From an uncultured Candidatus Binatia bacterium (lineage in GTDB: Bacteria > Desulfobacterota > Binatia > UBA9968 > JAJDTQ01), in assembly GCA_965215605.1 (NCBI GenBank), contig OZ244070.1, positions 832,001-896,000 on the forward strand: DNA of 64,000 nucleotides, written 5' to 3'. Each line of letters begins with the position of its first letter. Position 1 is the stretch's first letter. The translations under genes were made by a program, and so were the position numbers. Below are positions 18,990 to 28,656 of this stretch, one piece after another. The notes beneath the pieces are model-generated. The model made no database searches, was not told where the DNA came from, and was given only the letters and a program-made list of their open reading frames with translations.

Positions 18990-21884
18990 ATGCTCTCGAT
19001 CGGCGCCTCGCCCGCCCAGGGCTCGGCCTACTACGAGGAAGACGGCTACTACGCGAAGGACGACCCCAGGCACAAGTCCGCGAGCGCCTGGGCGGGCAAG
19101 GGAGCGGCGGAGCTGGGGCTCGAAGGCCCGGTCGACGCGGGCGTCTTCGGGGCCGTTCTGGAGGGCGTGGTGCCGGACGGCTCGGGCCGGCGCCTCGGCC
19201 GCAGGGGCAAGGACGGGGAGATCGTCCACCGTCCCGGGCGGGACCTCACCTTCTCCGCACCCAAGTCGGTCTCCATTGCCGCGCTCATCGGCGGCGACGA
19301 GCGAGTCGTCGATGCCCACGACCGCGCGGTGAAGGCCACGCTCGCCTGGGTCGAGGGGAACGCCGCGGAGACCCGCTTGTGGGACCCGAATACGGGGAGG
19401 ATGGCGCGGGCGCGCGGCCAGGAGATCGTCGCCGCCACGTTCCGCCACGACACCTCCCGGAACCTCGACCCGCAGCTCCACACCCACGCCGTCCTGGCCA
19501 ACATGGTCCGGGGCGGAGACGGCAAGTGGCGCGCCATGGCCAACGAGGGCCTCTACGAGCGGCAGAAGCTCATCGGGATGCTCTACCGCAGCGAGCTGGC
19601 GCGGAACCTTGGGGAGTTGGGCTACGGCATCGAGAAGACCCACGCGGACGGGCGCTTCGAGATCGCCGGCGTCCCGCGCGGGGTGATCGAGGCCTTCTCG
19701 ACCCGCAGGGCCGAGATCGAGGCCGCGATGGAGGAGCGCGGCCTCGGCGCCACCGCGGAGAACCCACGCATTGCCGAGCGCGCGGCGCTCATGACCCGCG
19801 CCGCCAAGCGCGACGTCGACCGGGACGCGCTCCGGGAAGTATGGGAGAGGCAGGCGACGGACCTGGGGCTCGACGCCAGGGCGCTCTCTCAAGAGGCGGC
19901 GTCGAGGGCCGCAGCGGCCCCGATGCACGCGGCGCCGGAAAGGGGCGCGGCGGCCGCGGAGGCAGTTGCCTGGGCGATGGAGCACCTTTCGGAGCGCGAG
20001 GCCGTGTTCGCCCGCGCCGATCTCTTCGCCGCCGCGCTCGCGGAGGCGCCAGGCAGGGTCACCATCGCCGAGGCCGAGCGGGAGGCGGCGGGCCTGGAAA
20101 AGGCGGGCGTTTTGCATCCGGTGAGCCTGCCGTCCGCGAAGGACGCGCTCGCCACGGACCGGACCGTGGCCGAGGAGCGCGAGACCATCGCGCTGATGCG
20201 CTCCGGCGAGGGCCAGGGCCGCCCCCCGATGCGGGGCTGGGCCGTGCAGGGCCACCTTCACCGGGGGCGGCTCACGGCCGGACAGAAGGATGCGGTGAAG
20301 CTCATCCTGTCCGCTACAGACCGCGTGGTCGGCGTGCAGGGCTATGCCGGCACGGGCAAGACCACGATGCTCGACCGGGTGCGGACCCTCGCGGAGAGGA
20401 AGGGATGGAACGTTGCAGGCCTGGCGCCGTCCGCATCCGCGGTCAAGACGCTCGCGTCCGAGGCCGGCATCGAGTCCGAAACCCTGCAGCGGTTCCTGGC
20501 CCGGAACGCCGGGGTCGCCGAGGGCAGGCTCACGGAAAAGGGCGAGAAGGCGATGCGGGCGGCGTTCGACAGGACCATCCTGGTGGTCGACGAGGGCTCG
20601 CTCGCCTCGACCGTTCAGGCCCGGGACCTTCTGCGCATCGCCAACGCGTTCCGCATCCCGCGCGTGGTGCTGGTGGGCGACGCGAAGCAGCTCGACGCGG
20701 TCGATGCCGGGAAACCCTTCGCCCAACTCCAGGCCGCGGGCATGAAGACCGCGGTCATGGACGAGATCATGCGGCAGCGCGACCCGGAGCTCAGGGAAGC
20801 GGTGGAGGCGAGCCTCAAAGGGGAGATCGCACGCGCCTTCGAGAAACTGGGCTCCAACGTCGCCGAGGTGAAGCCGGACAACATCGCGGGCGCGGTCGCG
20901 GCCCGCTGGCTCGCGCTCCCGCCCGAGGCGCGCGGGAACACCGGCGTCATGGCGCCGAGCCACAAGCTCCGCCAAGCGATCAACGGCCACATCCGCGAGC
21001 GTCTGGTCCGGGAGGGGCGAATCCGGGGCCCGGCGATTGTTTCCGGGCGGCTCGTGTCGAAGGGCTACACCAACGCCGAAAAGGCCGTCGCCGGCAACTA
21101 CTCGGTTGGAGACGTGGTCGCGTTCCATCGTCCGTACAAACGCCTCGGCGTCGGGAAGGGCGACGAGCGCGTCGTCGTGGGCGTCGACCACGAGGCCCGC
21201 TCGGTGACGCTCGAAGGCGGGGAAGGCGGGACCGTGGCCTGGAAGCCCGCGGAAGTGGGCGGCCGCAAGGGCGGGACCGAGGTCTACAGGACCGAGGGGA
21301 TCGAGCTTCGTGCGGGAGACCGCATCCGCTGGACCCGCAACGATGCGGGGCTCGGGCTCGTCAACAGCCGCACCGCGGAGGTTTTCGAGGTGGGGAACGG
21401 GCGGGTGACGTTCCGTCTCGAGGAGGGGCGGAACCTGGAGCTCGGGCGAAACGCTCCGCAGCTTCGCCATCTCGACCATGCCTGGGCCTCGACCGTTCAC
21501 GCGTTCCAGGGCCGGACGGTGGACAACGTGATCGCCGCCATGGAGGCGCGGCACCCGCACCTGACGACGCAGAAGTCGTTCTACGTCGAGATCAGCCGGG
21601 CACGGGACCGCGCCGAGCTGGTCACCGACGACGCGGAGAAACTTTGCGCCCAACTCCAGGCCGTGACCGGGGAGCGCATCGCCGCGCTGGAGGGCGTCGG
21701 CGAGACGGTAGCGGCCGAAAGGGACAGGGCTGTCGATGCCGTGAGGCCGGACGGAAGATCGCCGGATCAGGGCCCCAAGGCGCCCGCCGCGAAGGAGGCC
21801 GATGGCCGCGCATCGCAGGAGAAGGCTCCAGAGCCGCCCGCGCCGGAACGGAGCCGGGAGTCCGGGATGGACCTGGGGTTGTGA
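18990..21884 (+). CDS. traI: MOBF relaxase-helicase (TrwC/TraI family)
   Basis: MLSI...YY...GYY, DLTFSAPKSVS, HDTSR.LDPQLHTH; RecD-like helicase GYAGTGKT, VVDE, QG.T, YVEISR. Confidence 0.96.
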   Translation: MLSIGASPAQGSAYYEEDGYYAKDDPRHKSASAWAGKGAAELGLEGPVDAGVFGAVLEGVVPDGSGRRLGRRGKDGEIVHRPGRDLTFSAPKSVSIAALIGGDERVVDAHDRAVKATLAWVEGNAAETRLWDPNTGRMARARGQEIVAATFRHDTSRNLDPQLHTHAVLANMVRGGDGKWRAMANEGLYERQKLIGMLYRSELARNLGELGYGIEKTHADGRFEIAGVPRGVIEAFSTRRAEIEAAMEERGLGATAENPRIAERAALMTRAAKRDVDRDALREVWERQATDLGLDARALSQEAASRAAAAPMHAAPERGAAAAEAVAWAMEHLSEREAVFARADLFAAALAEAPGRVTIAEAEREAAGLEKAGVLHPVSLPSAKDALATDRTVAEERETIALMRSGEGQGRPPMRGWAVQGHLHRGRLTAGQKDAVKLILSATDRVVGVQGYAGTGKTTMLDRVRTLAERKGWNVAGLAPSASAVKTLASEAGIESETLQRFLARNAGVAEGRLTEKGEKAMRAAFDRTILVVDEGSLASTVQARDLLRIANAFRIPRVVLVGDAKQLDAVDAGKPFAQLQAAGMKTAVMDEIMRQRDPELREAVEASLKGEIARAFEKLGSNVAEVKPDNIAGAVAARWLALPPEARGNTGVMAPSHKLRQAINGHIRERLVREGRIRGPAIVSGRLVSKGYTNAEKAVAGNYSVGDVVAFHRPYKRLGVGKGDERVVVGVDHEARSVTLEGGEGGTVAWKPAEVGGRKGGTEVYRTEGIELRAGDRIRWTRNDAGLGLVNSRTAEVFEVGNGRVTFRLEEGRNLELGRNAPQLRHLDHAWASTVHAFQGRTVDNVIAAMEARHPHLTTQKSFYVEISRARDRAELVTDDAEKLCAQLQAVTGERIAALEGVGETVAAERDRAVDAVRPDGRSPDQGPKAPAAKEADGRASQEKAPEPPAPERSRESGMDLGL

Positions 21885-22099
21885 CGGTACGGAAGCCGGT
21901 GAGAAAGAGGCGGGTGCGGACCGCTGGCTGCGCGGGATGGTTGCGAGAGGGCGCGGGGACATGTGCGGCGGCGGGAGACAGTGCCGCTCTTCGGTCTGGC
22001 TGACGGGCAGCGTCGAGCCCCGGGAAATACGCGGAGTTTGAAGTTGTCCCTGTATCATGGTTGTTAGCCATCTATACAGAGTTTCGATGAAACATCACC

Positions 22100-22127
22100 T
22101 TGAGTTGTTTCGAGACTGTGCTATTTT
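22100..22127 (+). promoter_or_regulatory. Probable sigma70 promoter of the abiE operon (near-leaderless)
   Basis: TTGAGT, 16 bp, TG-n-TATTTT ending 7 nt before ATG 22135; imperfect inverted repeats (GTTTCGA) overlap it. Confidence 0.45.
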
Positions 22128-22134
22128 GATGGTT

Positions 22135-22971
22135 ATGCGCCATCAAAGAACGCCACGTCTGAAACCACTCCTGGATGCGGTCCCCCCCGGCTTCATGGTG
22201 GATACGCGGTGGCTCAGGGCCCAGGGCATCGACCCCAAGTCCATCCACGACTATGTCGCCCGCGGATGGCTTGAGCGGGTTGTCCGCGGGGTCTACCGCC
22301 GTCCGCTGCCGGAAGGCGCACGGGGCGCCTACGGAGAATCCTGGGAAGTCCCCCTTCTGTCCTTGCAACGGCTCCTGAAGTACGCCGTGCATCTGGGCGG
22401 GGAGAGCGCCCTCGACGTGCTCGGCTACACGCACTACCTGAGCCTCGGAGGAAAGCCGCGCGTCTGGTTCTACGGCGAGGCGCCGTCCTGGATCAAGCGG
22501 CTGCCGATCGGGACGCAGATCGTGATGCGCCGGCGCACGCTCTTCGGCGACGACCCGCTGGGCATCGAGGATGCCGGTTCCGCGGCGGGCGGACCGGCGG
22601 TCGGCGTGTGGCGCTGGCCCCTCAAGGCGTCGTCTCCGGAGCGGGCCATCCTGGAGGCCCTTGACGAGCTGCCGCGGCGCGCGGGCTTCGAGAACCTGGA
22701 CAAGGTATTCGAGGGGCTGGCGTCGCTCCGGCCCGGGCGGCTCATGGCGCTCTTGACGGCTTGCCGCAGCGTAAAGGTGCGCCGGCTGTTCTTCGTCTTC
22801 GCGGACAGGCACGGGCACGAATGGCGCAAGCACCTGGACGCATCGAGCATCGACTTCGGGTCGGGGCCGCGGGCCCTGGTGGAGGGCGGCAGGCTTCATC
22901 CGGCCTACCGCATCTACGTGCCCCGGGCACTGGCGCCCGGGAAACCTGCGGCGGCGGACGGCGATGCTTGA
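22135..22971 (+). CDS. abiEi: Type IV TA antitoxin, AbiEi family
   Basis: N-terminal wHTH (GWLERV.RGVY), HLGG.SAL, SSPERAILE, C.SVKV.RLF. Confidence 0.9.
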   Translation: MRHQRTPRLKPLLDAVPPGFMVDTRWLRAQGIDPKSIHDYVARGWLERVVRGVYRRPLPEGARGAYGESWEVPLLSLQRLLKYAVHLGGESALDVLGYTHYLSLGGKPRVWFYGEAPSWIKRLPIGTQIVMRRRTLFGDDPLGIEDAGSAAGGPAVGVWRWPLKASSPERAILEALDELPRRAGFENLDKVFEGLASLRPGRLMALLTACRSVKVRRLFFVFADRHGHEWRKHLDASSIDFGSGPRALVEGGRLHPAYRIYVPRALAPGKPAAADGDA

Positions 22972-23878
22972 GCGGTACATGGCGCAGGTCCGCCTGCTGC
23001 TGAGGGCGCTGCCGGACGTTGCGGGGGAGGCCGTGTTCGCGCTCAAGGGCGGCACCGCCATCAACCTTTTCTACCGGGACATGCCGAGGCTGTCCGTAGA
23101 CGTCGACCTGACCTACCTGCCGGTCGCGGACCGCCGGTCGTCGCTTGAAGCAATCGACAGTGCGCTCGACCGCATCGCGGCGGCGGTCACCGCCCGCAAT
23201 CTGCGGCTCAGGGCGCGCCGCATCGCGGGCGGCGGGGACGGCGGCACGCGCATCATGGTGAGCGACGGCCGGGTGCGGATCAAGATCGAGACTTCCCCGG
23301 TGATGCGGGGAGCGGTGCATCCGGCAAGGCCGATGGCCGTGTGCGAGAGAGTCACGGAGCAATTCGGATTCGCCGAAGCGAACGTGCTGGCCTTCGAGGA
23401 CCTGTACGGCGGGAAGATCCATGCGGCGCTCGACCGCCAGCATCCGCGCGACCTCTTCGACGTGAGGCTCCTGTACGACAACGAAGGCCTGACGGACGGC
23501 CTCTTCCGCACGTTCATGGTCTATGTGGCGAGCTCGAACCGTCCGATGCATGAGATCCTGGCGCCGGCGGCGCTTCCCGGAGAGGATCTGTACTACGAAG
23601 AGTTCGCCGGGATGACGCGCGAGGCGGTATCCAGGGATGAGCTGGCCGACGCGCGCGGCCGTCTGCACGCCGACATCGGATCGCGGTTGAAGGGCGACAT
23701 CGCGGCGTTCCTGCTCTCCCTCCACGATGCGGAGCCCGACTTCGGCCTGATCGGCTTGCCCGAGGCCGTGAACCTGCCGGCCGTTCGCTGGAAGCTGGTG
23801 AACCTGGAGAAGCTCAAGCGGGAAAATCCGCACAAGCACGCGGTGGAGCGCGAAGCGCTCGAAAGCCTCTTCCGGTGA
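22964..23878 (+). CDS. abiEii: Type IV TA toxin, AbiEii nucleotidyltransferase
   Basis: ALKGGTAINLF...PRLSVDVDL, GKI.AALDRQHPRDLFD. Confidence 0.93.
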   Translation: MLERYMAQVRLLLRALPDVAGEAVFALKGGTAINLFYRDMPRLSVDVDLTYLPVADRRSSLEAIDSALDRIAAAVTARNLRLRARRIAGGGDGGTRIMVSDGRVRIKIETSPVMRGAVHPARPMAVCERVTEQFGFAEANVLAFEDLYGGKIHAALDRQHPRDLFDVRLLYDNEGLTDGLFRTFMVYVASSNRPMHEILAPAALPGEDLYYEEFAGMTREAVSRDELADARGRLHADIGSRLKGDIAAFLLSLHDAEPDFGLIGLPEAVNLPAVRWKLVNLEKLKRENPHKHAVEREALESLFR

Positions 23879-23930
23879 GGGCGAATCCCTGCCCGATAGG
23901 GGATGGTAATGGGGGTTCGGGCGTTCGACC

Positions 23931-24030
23931 TGGCAACAGGGTGTGTGGAAACCCTGTACATGGGGTTGGGATGGACATGAGATGACCCGGTTCATCCCCG
24001 GTCCAGCGGAATGCGCAGTTCTGTGCAGCG
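23931..24030. repeat. About 100-bp direct repeat, copy A
   Basis: Aligns to 24610-24711 (shared ACAGGG..TGTGGAAA..CCCTGT, TTCATCC, GGTCCAGCGGAATGC). Confidence 0.85.
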
Positions 24031-24063
24031 GTCTCTCTGCCCGTCCGGACGCCTTGCGCGCCG

Positions 24064-24300
24064 TTACTTTCCAAACCTTCCGAAGGTCCCGCGGTCTACC
24101 CGGCGTTGGATTGCCTTGCGAAGATCACGCAACCTGTACTCCCGCAGCTCGCCATGCTCGGCGTACGGGAAGAAGGTCCAGGGCCTGCGGCGCATGGGCA
24201 AGGCGCTCCGCATGACGGTTCCTATTCGGCTCTCGCCCACGTACACCCCGTAGGCCGGGACCGGACCGCGGACCTTGCCGCGCCTAAACCGGATCTTCAT
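24064..24300 (-). CDS. Small basic hypothetical protein
   Basis: GGAGG RBS, 78 aa, overlaps the upstream ORF. Confidence 0.55.
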   Translation of the reverse strand: MKIRFRRGKVRGPVPAYGVYVGESRIGTVMRSALPMRRRPWTFFPYAEHGELREYRLRDLRKAIQRRVDRGTFGRFGK

Positions 24301-24586
24301 GGCGGCTTCCTCCCTGCGGCTTCGCAAGCTCCTGGCGGTGTCGCCGCATCAGGGCATCCATCGCATTGAGCACGGTCGGCTCGTTGATTCTTCCGGCGGG
24401 CCTCCTTCCCGCCCGCTGCCGCCGGATTTCTTCCCACAACTCGTCCGGGTCGAACCCGGCCAACAGCGTCGCGATCATCCATATGTCCCGGGCGGGCCTG
24501 GACATGAAGGTGTCGGCCCGCAAACGGTGGAACTCCTGGCTCCGCACGTCGACCGAGCCGTCAGGATTGCGCGGAAGTTCGGTCAT
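24284..24586 (-). CDS. Hypothetical protein
   Basis: GAAGGGAG RBS, 100 aa, host-like codon use. Confidence 0.55.
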   Translation of the reverse strand: MTELPRNPDGSVDVRSQEFHRLRADTFMSRPARDIWMIATLLAGFDPDELWEEIRRQRAGRRPAGRINEPTVLNAMDALMRRHRQELAKPQGGSRHEDPV

Positions 24587-24609
24587 GTCGCGTCCAGCTC
24601 CCTTCAGGT

Positions 24610-24711
24610 TGGCCACAGGGTCTGTGGAAAACCCTGTGCATATCGCCGGGATGTGCATGAAATGGCCCTGTTCATCCGGGGTCCAGCGGAATGCACAGCT
24701 TCCCGGCAGCG
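24610..24711. repeat. About 100-bp direct repeat, copy B
   Basis: Aligns to 23931-24030. Confidence 0.85.
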
Positions 24712-24865
24712 ATCCCGCCATGAAAATCAGCCCTTTACGAAGACGGGGCTCGGAAGGCCCGGGGCATCCGGCGATCGGCCCATCCGGCGCGGTCCGGACC
24801 GGGCGGCCGCTCAAGGGGGCGGGGTCAATGCGTTTCCGCCTGGGGCTCGCGGTTGCAGCCGGCGT

Positions 24866-26212
24866 TCAGGGGGAGATGTCGATGCGCTCGCCCCAAGGCT
24901 CGCGGTTCCACTCTGACGGGACCGGGCCCCAATTGATCCAGGCGACGGGGAACCCGGGCTCTGCCTCCGGGTAGGTCGAGCAGTCCATGTCCGTGAAGTA
25001 GAGGCACACGCCCGGCTGTATCCCCTGCTCGTCGAGCCACTCGAAGCCCGGGCGGAAGTCGGTGCCGCCCCGGCCCGTGAGGGCGATCTCGTCGGGGAGT
25101 TCGTCGGGCGAGTACTCGGCCGCGTCGTGCAATGCGGTGTCGACCTGCAGCACGATGACCCTCCCGGGGCGGATCTCGGCCGCGACCTCGCGCAGTTCCG
25201 TCCAGAACCCGGCGAGGGTCTGGGCCGGGACAGAGCCCGAGGTGTCGATGATGACGACGATCGTGTCGATGCCTTCGGAGCGGATCGACGGCAGGTAGAT
25301 GCCTGAGTCGATGAAGCGCCGGTTGGGAACGCTCCAGCTATAGTCACACTTGGCGGCATCGGTCATGTAGCGGCGCAGGAGCGTGCGCCAGTCAAGCGTG
25401 CCCGCATGGGCGTTGCGGACCGTCTCGGCGACGAGGCCAGGCGTCTTGCCCTCGGCCCTGGCGATGTTCAGGGCCTGGTGCATGGCCTCGTCCCACGCCT
25501 GCTCCTCGGCGACGGCGTCCACGGGCGCCTCGCCGGGATCGGAGTCGTCGTCCGCGCCTGCGCCGGCGTCCATGACCTCGCCGGTGCCGGAAGGATCGTG
25601 GCTCGGCGGCGCATCGGATGCGCCGTCCCCGTCCTGGCTGTCCGCTTCGTCACCGCCGTTCTCGTCGTCCTCGCCCTGATCGTCGCCGTCTCCGGCGGGA
25701 TCGGAAGGATCGCTGGATGCATCGCTGTCGCCTCCGGGAGGCGGCTGGCCGTCCGCGTCCGCGCGTTGTGGCGCGGTTCCGTCGTCGCTGTCGCCCTCGT
25801 CCCGGGGCTCCGGCAGGCGGTCGTATGCCTGCTCGACGCTCAGGTCCTCCCAAGCTTCGGCGTCGGGCGGGAGGGTAAAGCCGGCATCGCGCAACAATGC
25901 GTGGGTGACGAGCTGCGAGGCCGTCTGCCAGCGTTCCGGATCCCGTTCTCCCCGGCGGGTGTGGTGCTTGAGTACGCACGCCATCACCACCCGCGCCATC
26001 GCAGTCTCGATGAGGTGGGCATCGGTCTCCGCCACCCAGCCTGGCGAATAGCGGATCTCCTGTCCGTCGGTGGCGAGCGTCTTGCGCGTGGGGTCGGCGC
26101 GAAGCGGGAGCCTCAGCACGAGGCTCCCGAAGAAAGGCTGCTTACGCAGGAGTTCGGTGACGCAGTCGCTCACGCGGAGCGCGGACTCAAGGAACACGCC
26201 GGGAGCCATCAC
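24866..26212 (-). CDS. DUF2201-type metallopeptidase-like domain + vWA domain protein
   Basis: PFFG.L....T.ATDG..I.Y; acidic linker; IDTSGS MIDAS, GRGGTDFRP.F, YFTD. Confidence 0.85.
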   Translation of the reverse strand: MMAPGVFLESALRVSDCVTELLRKQPFFGSLVLRLPLRADPTRKTLATDGQEIRYSPGWVAETDAHLIETAMARVVMACVLKHHTRRGERDPERWQTASQLVTHALLRDAGFTLPPDAEAWEDLSVEQAYDRLPEPRDEGDSDDGTAPQRADADGQPPPGGDSDASSDPSDPAGDGDDQGEDDENGGDEADSQDGDGASDAPPSHDPSGTGEVMDAGAGADDDSDPGEAPVDAVAEEQAWDEAMHQALNIARAEGKTPGLVAETVRNAHAGTLDWRTLLRRYMTDAAKCDYSWSVPNRRFIDSGIYLPSIRSEGIDTIVVIIDTSGSVPAQTLAGFWTELREVAAEIRPGRVIVLQVDTALHDAAEYSPDELPDEIALTGRGGTDFRPGFEWLDEQGIQPGVCLYFTDMDCSTYPEAEPGFPVAWINWGPVPSEWNREPWGERIDISP

Positions 26213-27105
26213 GCCACCTCCCGGACCGGCTCGGCCGGGGAGAAGTAGCCCGCGAACTGTTCCATCAAGGCGTCGGCGTCGCGCTTCACCCGGGCCCGGG
26301 CCTCGGGATCGAAGCTCTTCGAGGGACGGAGCGAATCCGGCCCGACGCAGGCGATCTTCTCCTTCACGTCCTCGCAGAGGCGCGCGAGCCTCTGGTCGCC
26401 GAAGATGTTGAGCCGGGGAACCACGTCCACCAGGTCCCGGATGTTCGAGATCATGGTGTCGCGGAACACCAGGGGCTTGCCGTTCTCGTCCTCGTTGAGA
26501 CGCTCCGAGACCCGCTCCACCGCTTCCGCGAGACGCCGGTAGAGGTCGCCCACGGCGTCGTGGAGCTGCTCCTCGACGTGGCGCTCGATGTCGCGCTTCA
26601 CCCGCTCGGTATCGTCGGAGGCGAGCTTGGCGATGAAGTGGTCGGCGTCCGGGACCGGCGTGATGCGGTAGCTGATGGAGAACCTGTCCTGAAGCGTCTC
26701 CTTCGAGGGGTACTCCTCGATGCGGAAGAGCTTGCCCAGGTCGAGCCGGGCCTGGGCGACGTAGTGATCGTAGTCCTCGATGAAGCGGACGCGCTGGCGC
26801 ACCACGCGCTCGCGGAGCCCGTCCATGAGCCCGGTGTAGCGCTCGTAGTTGGCGACGGTGAGAAGCCGCGAGCCCTTGTCGTCCCAGGGGAGCGAATTGG
26901 CGTAGTGCCGGGCGCGCGCCTCGCTCATGGTCGAGGTGAGCGCGGCGAAGGCGGCCTTGGGCAGTAGCCGCTTGTTGTAGCGCCCTGCGCTCGCGCTGGC
27001 GTCGTGGTGGACGGCGACGTGGTCGCTCGCCTCGCGGTCGTAGAGCCGGCCGGACCAGGCGGTGATGCGCAGCCCGACCAGCATGGCGTCGCGGTTAAGG
27101 TCCAT
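26209..27105 (-). CDS. DUF3150-like protein
   Basis: L.I..WSG...D, G.YNK.LLP, LPW...G.RLL, ..YPS motif; sits between AAA and vWA genes; AGGAGG RBS. Confidence 0.6.
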   Translation of the reverse strand: MDLNRDAMLVGLRITAWSGRLYDREASDHVAVHHDASASAGRYNKRLLPKAAFAALTSTMSEARARHYANSLPWDDKGSRLLTVANYERYTGLMDGLRERVVRQRVRFIEDYDHYVAQARLDLGKLFRIEEYPSKETLQDRFSISYRITPVPDADHFIAKLASDDTERVKRDIERHVEEQLHDAVGDLYRRLAEAVERVSERLNEDENGKPLVFRDTMISNIRDLVDVVPRLNIFGDQRLARLCEDVKEKIACVGPDSLRPSKSFDPEARARVKRDADALMEQFAGYFSPAEPVREVA

Positions 27106-27258
27106 GGATTCCTCCTTCGGGGTTACCTGAGGGTCCACACGGGGACGTTCAGGGCGGCGGCCAGCTTGCGTTTGGCGGCCTCGAGGGTGCGCGCCCGCAC
27201 GACGTAGTCGACCGAGGGAGCGTCGCCGGCGGGGTAGTTAATGTTGCGTGCAACATTA

Positions 27259-27351
27259 ACTACCGAATGTTGCGTACCGGACTATGTTGCGGTGTCCGTG
27301 GATCTTGCTGTTTTGCCGCGCAGATGACCCCGCACACCGCAACATAATTTC
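27259..27351 (+). repeat. RIT left inverted repeat (93 bp)
   Basis: Exact reverse complement of 30589-30681. Confidence 0.92.
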
Positions 27352-27402
27352 TGAGTCTGATGCTACTCATGATCGCTATCCCCAACGAAAGGAGACGCGA
27401 TC

Positions 27403-28656
27403 ATGTTCGAACGTCTATTCACATGTATGGCAGCGATTGAAAGGCACCAGGCGGCGCCCCTAGTCGAGGAGCGGACACGGTACCTCGAGCACTTCGAGAA
27501 ACTGGGTGTCCAACGTCATAACTTGCGCAAACAGGCGGCCAACCTCCTGCGGCTGATACGGCTTCTTGAACTGGTCGAGGGCAGACCGGTAAGCGTTGCC
27601 GAGGTCCAAGCGGCGGCCAATGAGTGGTGGCAACCGGGGATGCCGGGATACCTCAAGCGTGGGACGGTCCACACCCGATCAAAGTTCGTTGCGGATTCCC
27701 TGCGTTGGCTGCGCTTCCTGGGCTGGCTCGAGGAACGCGAGAAGCTGCCGCGCCACCCACACACCGCGGAGGTTGCCGCCTTCGCGGCGTGGGCGCGCCG
27801 GGAGCGCGGATATGCGGAAGAGACCGTGGAGGGCTGCTGCCAGGTAACCGACCGGTTCTTCGCCTTCCTGGCCGAGGGCAAGACGGCGCTCCGTTCGGTG
27901 ACCATCGTGGACGTCGACCGGGCGATTGCGGCGATGTCCGCGCGCGGGGACCTCAGCCGAAGAACCATAGAGAGCTTCGCCACGCGTCTGAAAGTGTTCT
28001 TCCGATTTGCCGAAGACCGCCGCTGGTGCAGGCCCGGCATCGCGACCGCGATCATCGTTCCACGGATCTATGTAAACGAAAATCTGCCGGCCAGGCTCAA
28101 GCGCGAAGACGTGGTGCGCCTGCTGGCGACCACCGAGGGCGACCGTCGCGTCGACAAGCGGGACCGCGCCATCCTATTGCTGCTCGCGGTCTACGGCCTG
28201 CGCAGCGGCGAGTTGCGCGGGTTGCAGCTCGATGACATCGACTGGGAGCGGGAGACGTTGCGTGTACGGCGCCCCAAGCCGGGACGAACGCACGTCTACC
28301 CCCTGTCGCAGGGCGTGGGACAGGCCATCCTCCGGTATCTCCGGGATGTCCGTCCCGTGCGGTCCGACCGCACGCTGTTCCTTACCGTCCCGCCGCCGTG
28401 GCAGCCGCTCAGCAAGCGGACGTTGGGCGATATCGTCTGTGGCCGCCTTCGCGTCCTCGGCATCGTCACGGGGCGCCGGGGACCTCACGCCCTACGGCAT
28501 GCCGCCGCCCAGCACCTTCTCGACGAGGGCATGACGATGAAGGTGATCGGCGACTTCCTCGGGCACCGTAGCGTGTCCTCGACCACGGTGTACGCCAAGG
28601 TCAATCTCAACGCGCTACGCGAAGTAGCGACCTTCGACCTGGAGGGACTGGCATGA
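27403..28656 (+). CDS. ritA: RIT tyrosine recombinase A
   Basis: YGLR.GE, HALRH, LGH, Y catalytic set. Confidence 0.92.
   Translation: MFERLFTCMAAIERHQAAPLVEERTRYLEHFEKLGVQRHNLRKQAANLLRLIRLLELVEGRPVSVAEVQAAANEWWQPGMPGYLKRGTVHTRSKFVADSLRWLRFLGWLEEREKLPRHPHTAEVAAFAAWARRERGYAEETVEGCCQVTDRFFAFLAEGKTALRSVTIVDVDRAIAAMSARGDLSRRTIESFATRLKVFFRFAEDRRWCRPGIATAIIVPRIYVNENLPARLKREDVVRLLATTEGDRRVDKRDRAILLLLAVYGLRSGELRGLQLDDIDWERETLRVRRPKPGRTHVYPLSQGVGQAILRYLRDVRPVRSDRTLFLTVPPPWQPLSKRTLGDIVCGRLRVLGIVTGRRGPHALRHAAAQHLLDEGMTMKVIGDFLGHRSVSSTTVYAKVNLNALREVATFDLEGLA

Noticed and set aside
14099-22058. Very long alternative-frame ORFs (1517, 1531 and 1121 aa)
   Set aside because: Shadow ORFs of traG/traD/traI caused by high GC; Arg/Pro/Gly-rich with no motifs
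22135-23878. AbiE pair as a novel system
   Set aside because: Canonical, well-described type IV TA that is common on ICEs
23931-24711. Possible hammerhead/HDV ribozyme or integron attC sites
   Set aside because: No CUGAnGA/GAAA core and no RYYYAAC...GTTRRRY ends; no integron integrase
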